DNA of 64,000 bases from an uncultured Acidimicrobiales bacterium (GTDB lineage Bacteria > Actinomycetota > Acidimicrobiia > Acidimicrobiales > SZUA-35): positions 1,018,133 to 1,082,132 of the forward strand of contig CAVQVO010000017.1 in assembly GCA_963717115.1 (NCBI GenBank). Reading direction: 5' to 3'. The notes under the pieces were generated by a model. The model did not search any database. It saw only the letters and a list, made by a program, of their open reading frames with translations, and was not told where the DNA came from. Made by a program: the position numbers and the translations under genes. How positions within the stretch are numbered: position 1 is the stretch's first letter; every line of letters starts with the position of its first letter. Of this stretch, positions 1 to 8,806 are shown piece after piece.

Positions 1-90
1 AATCGGGCCACGTCCGACCGTCTCACCGTCGAGGTCTCCTCGGGCGTGCTCCTCGTGATCATGCCCGGCGACGACGAGCCGCAGCCATGA
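1..90 (+). CDS. 3' end of an unidentified upstream CDS (partial, runs off the window start)
   Basis: Frame 1 is open from base 1 to TGA at 88-90 with mostly G/C third positions. The stop overlaps the next ATG (ATGA at 87-90), which is typical operon coupling. It is too short to name. Confidence 0.35.
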   Translation, partial: NRATSDRLTVEVSSGVLLVIMPGDDEPQP

Positions 91-1499
91 GTGCCCGTCG
101 CCCGGGGCGCAGCTGGGCCCAGCGCGCGGTGCTGTCGCTCAACGTCGTCACCATCATCGCCGCCCTGCTGTCGGCGGCGCTGCTCCAGTTCGGCAAGGAT
201 CGAACCGAACGCATCGAGCGGGTCGAACTGTCGGGCTCGCTCACCGAGGTCCGGGTCGACCAGGACGGCGACCGGGTGTTCAACATCCTGCTCGTCGGAT
301 CCGACAGCTCGGCCGGGCTCGATCCCGACAACCCGGTGGCCATCGGCCGGGTCGGCGAACAGAACAGCGACGTGATGATCGTCGCCCACTTCGACGAGCG
401 AGACGAAACGGCGGCGCTCCTGTCGCTGCCGAGGGACCTCTGGGTCGAGATCGCCGCGACCGGGCGCGACGCCAAGCTCAACAGCGCGTTCGCGTTGGGT
501 GGACCAGCCGAGTTGATCGACACGATCGGGCTCAACTTCGACATTCCGATCAACTACTACGTCAATGTCGACTTCGCCGGCTTCCAGGGGGTCGTCGAGG
601 CCGTCGGCAGCGTTCCCATCTACTTCGCCGGCCCGACTCGTGACTGGAACCCGCAGTACGAGCGCTCGCAGACCGGTTTCGTCAACGAGAGCGCCGGATG
701 TGTCGACCTCGGCCCGGCCGAGGCGCTCGCCTACGTCCGATCCCGCCACTACCAGGTGCTCACCTCCGACCTGGAATGGAAGACCGATCCCACCGGTGAC
801 TTCGGTCGGATCCGACGGCAACAGGACTTCCTCAAGCGGCTGATCGGCAAGGCCATCGAGGAGGGAGCCCGGAACCCCTTCGTGCTCAACGATCTGATCG
901 ATTCGGCTCTCGACAGCATCGTCATCGATGACGCGCTCACACCGCAGACCCTGCTCGACATCGGACGCCAGTACTCGAGTTTCGAGCCCGAGGAGTTGCA
1001 GACGTACACCTACCCGGCGGTCTTCGACTCGGTCGGTTCGATCAGCATCCTGCGTGGCGTCGACGACCAGGCGGCCCCCCTCGAGGCACTGTTCGCCGGT
1101 GCTGCGTCCGACGATCCCGACACCGTCCTCGTGCGGGTCACGAGCGACGAGACCTCCGTTGATCAGCTCGAACTCGCCCTCGCCGCACTCGAGTCGGCCG
1201 GTTTCGAGCCCGACACCACCCGTTCGGGAACGGCCGCAGCGGGATTCGTGGTGCAGCACGGCCCCGACGGGCGACGGGCGGCCGATCTCGTCGTCGCCGC
1301 CCTGCTCGGGGATTCGGCGCTCGACCTGGTCGCCGATCGGATCCAGGTGGTGGAGATCGAGGACCTCTCGGGACGCGAGGTGTGGGTCACCATCGGTGAT
1401 CCCGATGTCGAACCACCACCGGTCTCGACCACGGTTGCCGGGGCCCCCGAACTGGCACCGGACGTCACACCGGAACTGAGTGTCGACACCGCTTGTTGA
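87..1499 (+). CDS. LytR/CpsA/Psr (LCP) family cell-wall glycopolymer transferase
   Basis: 470-aa ORF with an N-terminal TM helix followed by LCP core motifs (FNILLVGSDS, NSDVMIVAHF, LLSLPRDLWV, KLNSAF, INYYVNVDFAGF). ATG at 87. The stop TGA at 1497-1499 lies inside the first copy of a 23-bp repeat. Confidence 0.9.
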   Translation: MSARRPGRSWAQRAVLSLNVVTIIAALLSAALLQFGKDRTERIERVELSGSLTEVRVDQDGDRVFNILLVGSDSSAGLDPDNPVAIGRVGEQNSDVMIVAHFDERDETAALLSLPRDLWVEIAATGRDAKLNSAFALGGPAELIDTIGLNFDIPINYYVNVDFAGFQGVVEAVGSVPIYFAGPTRDWNPQYERSQTGFVNESAGCVDLGPAEALAYVRSRHYQVLTSDLEWKTDPTGDFGRIRRQQDFLKRLIGKAIEEGARNPFVLNDLIDSALDSIVIDDALTPQTLLDIGRQYSSFEPEELQTYTYPAVFDSVGSISILRGVDDQAAPLEALFAGAASDDPDTVLVRVTSDETSVDQLELALAALESAGFEPDTTRSGTAAAGFVVQHGPDGRRAADLVVAALLGDSALDLVADRIQVVEIEDLSGREVWVTIGDPDVEPPPVSTTVAGAPELAPDVTPELSVDTAC

Positions 1500-1586
1500 G
1501 CGGCGATGGCACCGCCTGTTGAGCGGCGATGGCACCGCCTGTCGAGCGGCGATGGCACCGCCTGTCGAGCGGCGATGGCACCGCCT
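1495..1586. repeat. Tandem repeat, 23 bp x 4 (gttgagcggcgatggcaccgcct)
   Basis: Four head-to-tail copies read directly at 1495-1517, 1518-1540, 1541-1563 and 1564-1586, differing only by T/C at unit position 3. Degenerate partial copies flank the array. Confidence 0.95.
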
Positions 1587-1678
1587 GGTCGAACGGCTGA
1601 GATGGATTGCTCCACCTTGGTCCCCGACCGACCGATACCCTCGGGCGGGATCCACCCGGCGAGAACGAGGGAGCTTGC

Positions 1679-2971
1679 ATGGCTTCGATTGCGGTGATTG
1701 GGACGGGGTATGTGGGGTTGACCACGGGTGCGTGTTTTGCGCATCTGGGTCATGACGTGGTGTGTGCGGATATCGATGTGGCGAAGGTGGAGGGGTTGTG
1801 TCGGGGGGAGATCCCGATCGTGGAGGCCGGGTTGGATCGGTTGGTGCACGAGGGGTTGCGGGCGGGGAATCTGTCGTTCGTGGTTGGTGCGGCGGAGGCG
1901 TCGAAGAACGCGGAGTTCCATTATCTGTGTGTGCCGACCCCGCAGGGTGATGATGGTTCGGCGGATCTGAGTTATCTCCAGGCTGCGGCAGCCCAGATTG
2001 CCGACGTCCTTCCGGCACGTTCTGTCGTGGTGAACAAGTCCACGGTGCCAGTCGGGTCGACCGAGGTCGTGGCCCGCGTTCTGGGCCGCAACGATGTGGC
2101 GGTGGTGTCCAACCCCGAGTTCTTGCGGGAAGGAACTGCCGTCGATGACTTCTTGAATCCGGATCGGGTGGTGATCGGGTCGGCGGATCAGGAGGCGGCG
2201 ATTCGCGTTGCGGCCCTCTACAGCAAGGTGCGGGCGCCGGTGATGGTGACCGATCCGGTGTCGGCGGAGACGATCAAGTACGCGTCGAATGCGTTCCTGG
2301 CGTCGAAGTTGTCGTTCGTGAACGCGATCGCGAACGTGTGTGAGGCGGTCGGGGCGGATGTGAACGATGTGGTGTTGGGGATGGGCTATGACCATCGGAT
2401 CGGGAAGGAGTTCTTGAAACCGGGTCCGGGTTGGGGTGGTTCGTGTTTCCCGAAGGACACGATCGCGATGGTGCGGATCGCGGAGGATGCCGGGTACGAC
2501 TTCACGTTCCTGCGTGAAGTGCTCCGGGTCAACGACGAGCAGTTCGATCGGACGGCGGCGAAGGTGCTGGACGCGTTGGCGGGGTTGACCGAGACCGGTG
2601 AGGTGTCGGGGATGACGGTGGGGGCGTGGGGTCTCACGTTCAAGGCGGGGACCGATGACCTGCGGATGTCGCCGGCGATCGAGGTGTTGTCGCGGGTGTG
2701 TGCGGCGGGGGTGAAGGTGAAGGCCTATGACCCGGCGGTGCATGTGCCGCTGGTGGAGTTGCCCGAGGTGCAGGTCGTGTCGGATCCCTACGACGCGGTG
2801 GATGGGGTGGATGTGTTGGTGGTGATGACCGAGTGGGACATGTTCCGCTGGTTGGATTTCGATCAGGTCAAGGAACGGATGACCGGGTCCTGTGTGATCG
2901 ACGGCCGGAACCTGCTGGACCGCCACCAGCTCACCCGCCGGGGATTCACCTACCGCGGCATCGGACGCTGA
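1679..2971 (+). CDS. ugd: UDP-glucose 6-dehydrogenase
   Basis: N-terminal Rossmann motif [27 protein letters not shown], plus NPEFLREG and GGSCFPKD motifs. ATG at 1679 is preceded by gagggag. The annotated ORF start at 1607 is probably too early. Confidence 0.92.
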   Translation: MASIAVIGTGYVGLTTGACFAHLGHDVVCADIDVAKVEGLCRGEIPIVEAGLDRLVHEGLRAGNLSFVVGAAEASKNAEFHYLCVPTPQGDDGSADLSYLQAAAAQIADVLPARSVVVNKSTVPVGSTEVVARVLGRNDVAVVSNPEFLREGTAVDDFLNPDRVVIGSADQEAAIRVAALYSKVRAPVMVTDPVSAETIKYASNAFLASKLSFVNAIANVCEAVGADVNDVVLGMGYDHRIGKEFLKPGPGWGGSCFPKDTIAMVRIAEDAGYDFTFLREVLRVNDEQFDRTAAKVLDALAGLTETGEVSGMTVGAWGLTFKAGTDDLRMSPAIEVLSRVCAAGVKVKAYDPAVHVPLVELPEVQVVSDPYDAVDGVDVLVVMTEWDMFRWLDFDQVKERMTGSCVIDGRNLLDRHQLTRRGFTYRGIGR

Positions 2972-2988
2972 CATGAGGGTCGACTGAC

Positions 2989-3927
2989 ATGCCACGAATC
3001 GTCGTCACCGGCGGCGCCGGCTTTCTCGGATCACACCTGTGCGAGCGTCTGCTCGACCGTGGCGACGAGGTCGTGTGCCTCGACAACCTGGTCACCGGAC
3101 GCATGGTCAACATCGAGCATCTGTTCGGTCACGAGCGGTTCCGGTTCGTCCACCACGACGTGTCGAATCACATCTGGGTCCCGGGCGAGGTCGATGCGAT
3201 CATGCATCTGGCCAGCCCTGCGTCGCCGGTCGATTTCGGCCACATCCCCATTCAGATCCTCAAGGTCGGCAGTCTCGGGACCCACAACTGCCTCGGGCTG
3301 GCGCGGGCCAAGGGCGCCACGTTCCACCTGAACTCGACCAGCGAGGTCTACGGCGATCCCCTGGTCCACCCGCAGCCCGAGACCTACTGGGGCAACGTGA
3401 ACCCGATCGGGCCCCGCTCGATGTACGACGAGGCCAAACGGTTCGCCGAGTCGATGACCATGGCCTACCACCGCTACCACGGGATCGACGTGCGGATCGT
3501 GCGGACGTTCAACACGTACGGACCACGGATGCGGCCCGAAGACGGTCGGGTGGTGTCCTCGTTCATCATCCAGGCACTGAAGAACGAACCGATCTCGATC
3601 AACGGTGACGGCTCGCAGACCCGGAGCTTCTGCTACGTCGACGACCAGATCGAGGGCCAACTCCGTCTGCTCGACAGCGGCTACCAGCTCCCGGTCAACA
3701 TCGGCAACGGCATCGAGTTCACCATCGCCGAACTGGCCGCAGTCGTGATCGACGTCACGAACTCCTCGAGCGAACTCTCGTTCGGTCCGATGCCCGTCGA
3801 CGACCCCAAGCAGCGCAAGCCCGATCTCACCGTCGCCCGCCGTGAGCTCGACTGGGAGGCCGCGATCCAGCTTCGGGAGGGTGTCGAGAAGACGGCCGCC
3901 CACTTCGCCGAGGTCCTCGGCCGCTAG
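2989..3927 (+). CDS. uxs: UDP-glucuronate decarboxylase (UDP-xylose synthase), SDR family
   Basis: [19 protein letters not shown]...[15 protein letters not shown] and YDEAKR (YxxxK) motifs. It lies directly downstream of ugd. Confidence 0.88.
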   Translation: MPRIVVTGGAGFLGSHLCERLLDRGDEVVCLDNLVTGRMVNIEHLFGHERFRFVHHDVSNHIWVPGEVDAIMHLASPASPVDFGHIPIQILKVGSLGTHNCLGLARAKGATFHLNSTSEVYGDPLVHPQPETYWGNVNPIGPRSMYDEAKRFAESMTMAYHRYHGIDVRIVRTFNTYGPRMRPEDGRVVSSFIIQALKNEPISINGDGSQTRSFCYVDDQIEGQLRLLDSGYQLPVNIGNGIEFTIAELAAVVIDVTNSSSELSFGPMPVDDPKQRKPDLTVARRELDWEAAIQLREGVEKTAAHFAEVLGR

Positions 3928-3943
3928 CGCGACCGTCCGGTCG

Positions 3944-4006
3944 GGCCGACACTGCTCTCAGGCCGACACTGCTCTCAGGCCGACACTGCTCTCAGGCCGA
4001 CACTGC
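3944..4006. repeat. Tandem repeat, 17 bp x ~3.8 (ggccgacactgctctca)
   Basis: Perfect copies at 3944-3960, 3961-3977 and 3978-3994, then a partial copy. The array lies between convergent uxs and a GT4 gene. The GT4 stop codon (tca at 3992-3994) is inside copy 3. Confidence 0.95.
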
Positions 4007-5128
4007 CGGCGAGAGGTCGCGGCCGGAGATGGACAGCAGGTCGAACATGGCGCGCAGGTGGGCCTCGAGGGAATGATCGTCGGCCGTCGCTCGGGCATCG
4101 GCCGACAGGGCCTGCCACCGCAGCCGGTCGGCGGTGCTGAACACGATGGCGTCGAGCAGCGCAGCGGGGTCGTCCGGCGGGATCAGGCAGCCTCGGTCGG
4201 GGGTGACCAGGTCGGCGATGCCGCCCTGGTCGCACGAGATGACGGGAAGTCCGAAATGGAAGGCCTCGAGGATGGCGATCGGCTCCCCTTCGACCCAGTA
4301 GTGCGTCGGCAACACCAGGACCTGGGATCGCGCGAGCAGGTCCTCCTTGGCGCGTCCGTCGACGACTCCGACATACGTGCAGTTTCGCGGCCAGGATCCG
4401 TCGTCGATCGGGTCGACGGCGTCGCCGGCGATCACGAAACGGATCGCCCGGTTGCGCTCGATCGCCAGTCGGGCTGCGTCGAGGACGGTGTCGAACCCCT
4501 TGTCACGCATCAGGTTGGACAGGAACAGCACGTTCGGCTCGGCGCTCCAAGCGGCGCCCCGGTGGAGGGCTCGCTCGGCGACGTGGCGTTCGACGCCGTT
4601 GCCAACGACGCGGATGCGGGCCGGATCGACCAATCCGTCGAACATCGCAGCCAATCGGGGGGTGAGGACCACGATCGTGTCGACTCGGGCGATGGCCGCC
4701 AGGTAGATCCGCCGCAACGGAGCCGGCAGCAGGTCGAGGCCGTGCCGCCACCCACCCCCATGGACATGGCCGACGACTCGCCAACCCCGCACGAGCGCAG
4801 TCGCGAGGAGCGGCAGGTCGCGCAGCATCGATCGGGGACCCTGGCCGAGCTGGAAGTAGGCGACGACGGGACGGCCCGGTTCGGGGGAGGACCACGCCAG
4901 GCGGACGGCCGAACGCAGGGTTCGGCCGACGACGCGGAGCTGGCCTGCGAATCGGGTGGTCCCGATGGGACTGGCGGTGTCGATCACCCGGTAGGCCACC
5001 CCGGCGTCGTCCAGGGCATCCAGCAACAGACGGGCTGCCGTCGACTGACCGGTGATCGGGGGTGGCATCGAGACGACGGCGACGATGGTCGGGTCGGTCG
5101 GATGCCGCCGGTCGTTCAGGCCGGGCAT
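3992..5128 (-). CDS. Glycosyltransferase family 4 (GT-B)
   Basis: The C-terminal half has the GT4/GT1 signature (LVLPTHYWVEGEPIAILEAFHFGLPVISCDQGG). The start is chosen at ATG 5128 (MPGLND...), which overlaps the upstream gene's stop by 13 nt. The longer ORF-track start would overlap the upstream gene heavily. Confidence 0.8.
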   Translation of the reverse strand: MPGLNDRRHPTDPTIVAVVSMPPPITGQSTAARLLLDALDDAGVAYRVIDTASPIGTTRFAGQLRVVGRTLRSAVRLAWSSPEPGRPVVAYFQLGQGPRSMLRDLPLLATALVRGWRVVGHVHGGGWRHGLDLLPAPLRRIYLAAIARVDTIVVLTPRLAAMFDGLVDPARIRVVGNGVERHVAERALHRGAAWSAEPNVLFLSNLMRDKGFDTVLDAARLAIERNRAIRFVIAGDAVDPIDDGSWPRNCTYVGVVDGRAKEDLLARSQVLVLPTHYWVEGEPIAILEAFHFGLPVISCDQGGIADLVTPDRGCLIPPDDPAALLDAIVFSTADRLRWQALSADARATADDHSLEAHLRAMFDLLSISGRDLSPAVSA

Positions 5129-6234
5129 GGGGCCGGTCGTTCCATGGCGATGGCCTCGCGGTACGCCTCGATCGTGAGGCGGGCCGTGCGGTCCCAGGTG
5201 AATTCGGCGGCCCGTGAGCGGGCGCCCGCCGATCGCTCGGCCTTCCAACTCGGCGAGGCGGCGATCTCGCGGATCGTGTCGACCCAATCGTCGGTCCGGT
5301 CATGCTCGAGCAGGCGCCCGGTCTCGCCGACGACCTCGGCGACCGCCGTGGCAGCCGCGCCGACCACCGGTGTCCCCTGCGCCATGGCCTCGACGGCGGG
5401 GAGCCCGAATCCTTCCCGCCGACTCGGGAAGACGAGGGCCTCGGCACCGTCGAGCAGCACCGGCAGGTCCGGCGCGGGAACGAATCCGAGATGTCGGATC
5501 CCGCGGTCGGCCGGGCCGAACAGGGAGCCGAGTTCGAGATTCCAGCCATCGGGGCCGATGAGCAGGAGGTCGAGGTCGTCGACGGCGGCTCGGCGGTAGG
5601 CCTCGATCAGCGTGGGCAGGTTCTTGCGAGGTTCCGCCGTGCCCACCCACACCAGATAGCGGCCGTCGATCCCATGGGTCCGCCGCACGCGTCGGCGATC
5701 GTCGTCGTCGACGATGACACCGGTCGCCCCGAGCGGCACCAGCCGTAGTCGATGCGAGTCGAAGCCCAGACGGGCGCAATCGTCGAGGGTCTGCCGGCTC
5801 GAGCAGATCACGAGGCTCGCGTCTCGACGCATGAGCTCGAACGCGCGGGTCATCATGCGGACGCCCCGCGGGGTCAGGGTCTCGGGCTCGAGGAGGGGAA
5901 AGAGGTCGTGGAGGGTCACCACCAGGGGTGCTCGACGGACCGGGGGACACATGGGTGCGGTGGCATGAACCAGGTCGACCGGACCGGTGACCCGCTCGGG
6001 AGCCGCGAGACCGCGATGCCAAGCCTGGTAGAGCACGGGATAGGGCAGGGGGAGACGCCGATACCGAATCGAGGGGACGAACGCAGGCTTCGGCCGCCCC
6101 CCGGCCCCGACGCCGATCAGCTCGACCTCGTCGAGGACGTCCAGGGCGTCGACCAGGTGGAGGGCCGCCGTTGCGGTTCCTCCCGGCACCTCGTGCCAAC
6201 ACTGGGTGAGGGTCACGGCCACGCGAGGTCGCAC
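5116..6234 (-). CDS. Glycosyltransferase family 4 (GT-B)
   Basis: EPRKNLPTLIEAY and FVFPSRREGFGLPAVEAMAQGTPVV (E-x7-E type motif). GTG start at 6234. Confidence 0.85.
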   Translation of the reverse strand: MRPRVAVTLTQCWHEVPGGTATAALHLVDALDVLDEVELIGVGAGGRPKPAFVPSIRYRRLPLPYPVLYQAWHRGLAAPERVTGPVDLVHATAPMCPPVRRAPLVVTLHDLFPLLEPETLTPRGVRMMTRAFELMRRDASLVICSSRQTLDDCARLGFDSHRLRLVPLGATGVIVDDDDRRRVRRTHGIDGRYLVWVGTAEPRKNLPTLIEAYRRAAVDDLDLLLIGPDGWNLELGSLFGPADRGIRHLGFVPAPDLPVLLDGAEALVFPSRREGFGLPAVEAMAQGTPVVGAAATAVAEVVGETGRLLEHDRTDDWVDTIREIAASPSWKAERSAGARSRAAEFTWDRTARLTIEAYREAIAMERPAPCPA

Positions 6235-6358
6235 GTCACCACCCTAGTTCTCCACGGGCCCTCTATCGTGTGCCCCCTCGGCGCGGGTGATCCGACCCGG
6301 CGACGACTCCGTGCTCCCTGCGCCGTCGTCCGCCGAATCCGTTCGATCGATCGACTCC

Positions 6359-7639
6359 ATGCGACTGCTCTTCCTCTGCCCCCACTTCGACCCCGACCTG
6401 CACGCGGCGACCGGCGAGGTCATGACCAAACTGGTCGACGCCCTGGCCGACCGTGGTCACCGGGTCGACGTGGTCACGAGCCTGCCGTGGTACCGGCTCC
6501 ACGACGTCGAGCCGTCGTGGCGCGGCCGACCGTGGCGGAGGGGCACCACCGGAGCCGGGGACATCGTGCGCATCTGGCCGTTCCCCACCGACAAGTCGAA
6601 CGTCCCGGCGCGGGCTGCGGCGTTCGCCGGCTTCACGGCGATGGCCACCGGAGCGGCGCTCACACTCGGCCGGCCCGACGCCGTGCTGGCCATGTCGCCC
6701 CCGATCTTCCTGGGCAACGCCGCAGCCGTCGTGGCCCGCCGATGGGGGGTCCCGTTCGTGTTCAACGTGCAGGACATCTTCCCCGATGTCGCCGTGGAGC
6801 TCGGGGCCCTGTCGAACGAGCGGGTCATCGCCGCAGCGGCGCGACTCGAGCGATCGCTGTATCAACGGGCCGACGCCGTCACGGTGCTGTCGGAGGATCA
6901 GGCCATCAACGTTCGTGCCAAGCTGTCGACCGCCGACGCCGACAAGGTGCGGATCATCCAGAACTTCGTCGATCTCGATCGCGTCCATCCCACCGATCGT
7001 GACAACGCCTGGCGTCGTGATCGGGGCCTCGTCGGGAAGCAGATCGTCATGTACGCCGGGAATGTCGGGCTCTCCCAGTCCTTCGACCTCGTCCAACGGG
7101 CAGCCGAGCGGTTCCGTGGGCGTCCCGACGTGCACTTCGTGATCAACGGCGAAGGGGCGGCCCGGGTCCAGGTCGATGCCTGGGCTGCCGATCACGACAA
7201 CGTGAGCGTCCACGACTTCGTCGATCGCGCCGAGGTGAGCGACCTCCTCGGAGCCGCCGACCTCCACCTGATCCTGCTGAAGACCGGCCTGTCGCGCTCG
7301 TCGACGCCGTCGAAGCTCTACGGCATCATGGCGGCCGGTCGACCCGTCCTGGCCTCCATCGATCCCGGTTCCGAGGTCGACGTCATTCTCGAGCGCTCCG
7401 GAGGGGGTCGAACCGTGCCCCCCGACGACGCCGCCTCGTTCCTGGACCAGCTCGAGTCCCTGCTCGGTGCTCCCGATGATCTCGTCGCGATGGGGGAGCG
7501 GTCCCGATCGTTCGTCGAGTCGCTGATGACCCCCGCCCTGCAGGCCGAGGCATACGAGCACCTCTTCGACGAAGTCGTCGCCGCCCGTCGCGCATCGAGC
7601 CGCTCCACGAACTCCCGGAGGAAACCCCGAAATGCTTGA
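6359..7639 (+). CDS. Glycosyltransferase family 4, WcaI/WbuB-like
   Basis: MRLLFLCPHFDPD...GEVMTKLVDALADRGHRVDVVT and FNVQDIFPDVAVELG are typical of the WcaI-like subgroup. ATG at 6359. Confidence 0.82.
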   Translation: MRLLFLCPHFDPDLHAATGEVMTKLVDALADRGHRVDVVTSLPWYRLHDVEPSWRGRPWRRGTTGAGDIVRIWPFPTDKSNVPARAAAFAGFTAMATGAALTLGRPDAVLAMSPPIFLGNAAAVVARRWGVPFVFNVQDIFPDVAVELGALSNERVIAAAARLERSLYQRADAVTVLSEDQAINVRAKLSTADADKVRIIQNFVDLDRVHPTDRDNAWRRDRGLVGKQIVMYAGNVGLSQSFDLVQRAAERFRGRPDVHFVINGEGAARVQVDAWAADHDNVSVHDFVDRAEVSDLLGAADLHLILLKTGLSRSSTPSKLYGIMAAGRPVLASIDPGSEVDVILERSGGGRTVPPDDAASFLDQLESLLGAPDDLVAMGERSRSFVESLMTPALQAEAYEHLFDEVVAARRASSRSTNSRRKPRNA

Positions 7640-8717
7640 CCATGCCTACGCCGTCGTCCTCGCCGGAGGGTACGGCGAACGATTCTGGCCGGCCAGCACC
7701 ATGGCTCGACCCAAGCAACTGTTGTCGCTCCTCGGCGATCGAACGATGCTGGAGATGGCCATCGACCGATTGACCGGGCTGATCCCCCCCGAGCGGGTGA
7801 TCGTGTTGACCTCGGCCGACCTGGTCGACGCAACGATCCGATGCTCGCCCGACCTCCCGCCCGGAAACGTGATCGGTGAGCCGGTGCGCCGCGACACGGC
7901 GGCCGCCGTCGCGCTCGCCTGTGCCGTGGTGAAAGGACGCGACCCCGAGGGCGTCTTCTGCGTCGTCACCGCCGATCACGTCATGGCCGACCTCGACGTC
8001 TTCCGGGCCACCATCGGCGAAGCCATCGCCCTGGCGGCCATCGAGGACGTGCTGATCACGATCGGGATCCGGCCGACCCGACCCAGCACGGCCTTCGGCT
8101 ACATCGAGGCGACCCGGCCCGTCGACACCCCCGGCGAGATCGAGTTCCGTCGGGTCGACCGATTCGTCGAGAAACCCGACCGATCGACGGCCCAGGCCTA
8201 CCTCGAGTCCGGGAGCTTCAGCTGGAATTCGGGCATGTTCATCTGGTCGGTCGAAGCCCTGCACCGGGCCTTCGCCAAACACACGCCGGCGCTGGCGGCG
8301 ATGATCGACCAACTGGTTCCGACGGTCGACCGGGACGACTTCCCCGCCTCCCTCCTCGCCGCCTTCGAACCACTCGAGAAGATCTCCATCGACTATGCGC
8401 TCATGGAGAACGCCGACAACATCGTGATGGCGGTCGGAACATTCGGGTGGGACGACGTCGGGAGCTGGCCCGAGGTCGCCGGTCATGTCCCGACCGACGA
8501 GGCCGGCAACGCCGTGCGTGGCGAGGCGATCGTGCTCGACGCCGTCAACAACGTGGTGATGTCGGAAGGTCGTCTGACGGCCCTCATCGGGGTCGAGGAC
8601 CTGATCGTCGTCCAAGCCGAGGGGGTCACCCTGGTCTGCCCGAAGGATCGGGCGCAGGACGTCAAGGCCATCGTCACCGCGCTTCGGGAAACCGGCCGCT
8701 ACGACCATCTCCTCTGA
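7632..8717 (+). CDS. manC: Mannose-1-phosphate guanylyltransferase (GDP-mannose pyrophosphorylase)
   Basis: AVVLAGGYGERFWPAST..PKQLL, GEPVRRDTAAAV and AFGYIE motifs. Its ATG overlaps the upstream stop. Confidence 0.88.
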   Translation: MLDHAYAVVLAGGYGERFWPASTMARPKQLLSLLGDRTMLEMAIDRLTGLIPPERVIVLTSADLVDATIRCSPDLPPGNVIGEPVRRDTAAAVALACAVVKGRDPEGVFCVVTADHVMADLDVFRATIGEAIALAAIEDVLITIGIRPTRPSTAFGYIEATRPVDTPGEIEFRRVDRFVEKPDRSTAQAYLESGSFSWNSGMFIWSVEALHRAFAKHTPALAAMIDQLVPTVDRDDFPASLLAAFEPLEKISIDYALMENADNIVMAVGTFGWDDVGSWPEVAGHVPTDEAGNAVRGEAIVLDAVNNVVMSEGRLTALIGVEDLIVVQAEGVTLVCPKDRAQDVKAIVTALRETGRYDHLL

Positions 8718-8806
8718 GGCAGGCCACTCGGTGTACTGGGTCGTCACCTCGGCGGTGTCCGGGCCCCGGGGTCGAGACGTCGACCCGGCCATCGAGGTCG
8801 ACCCGA

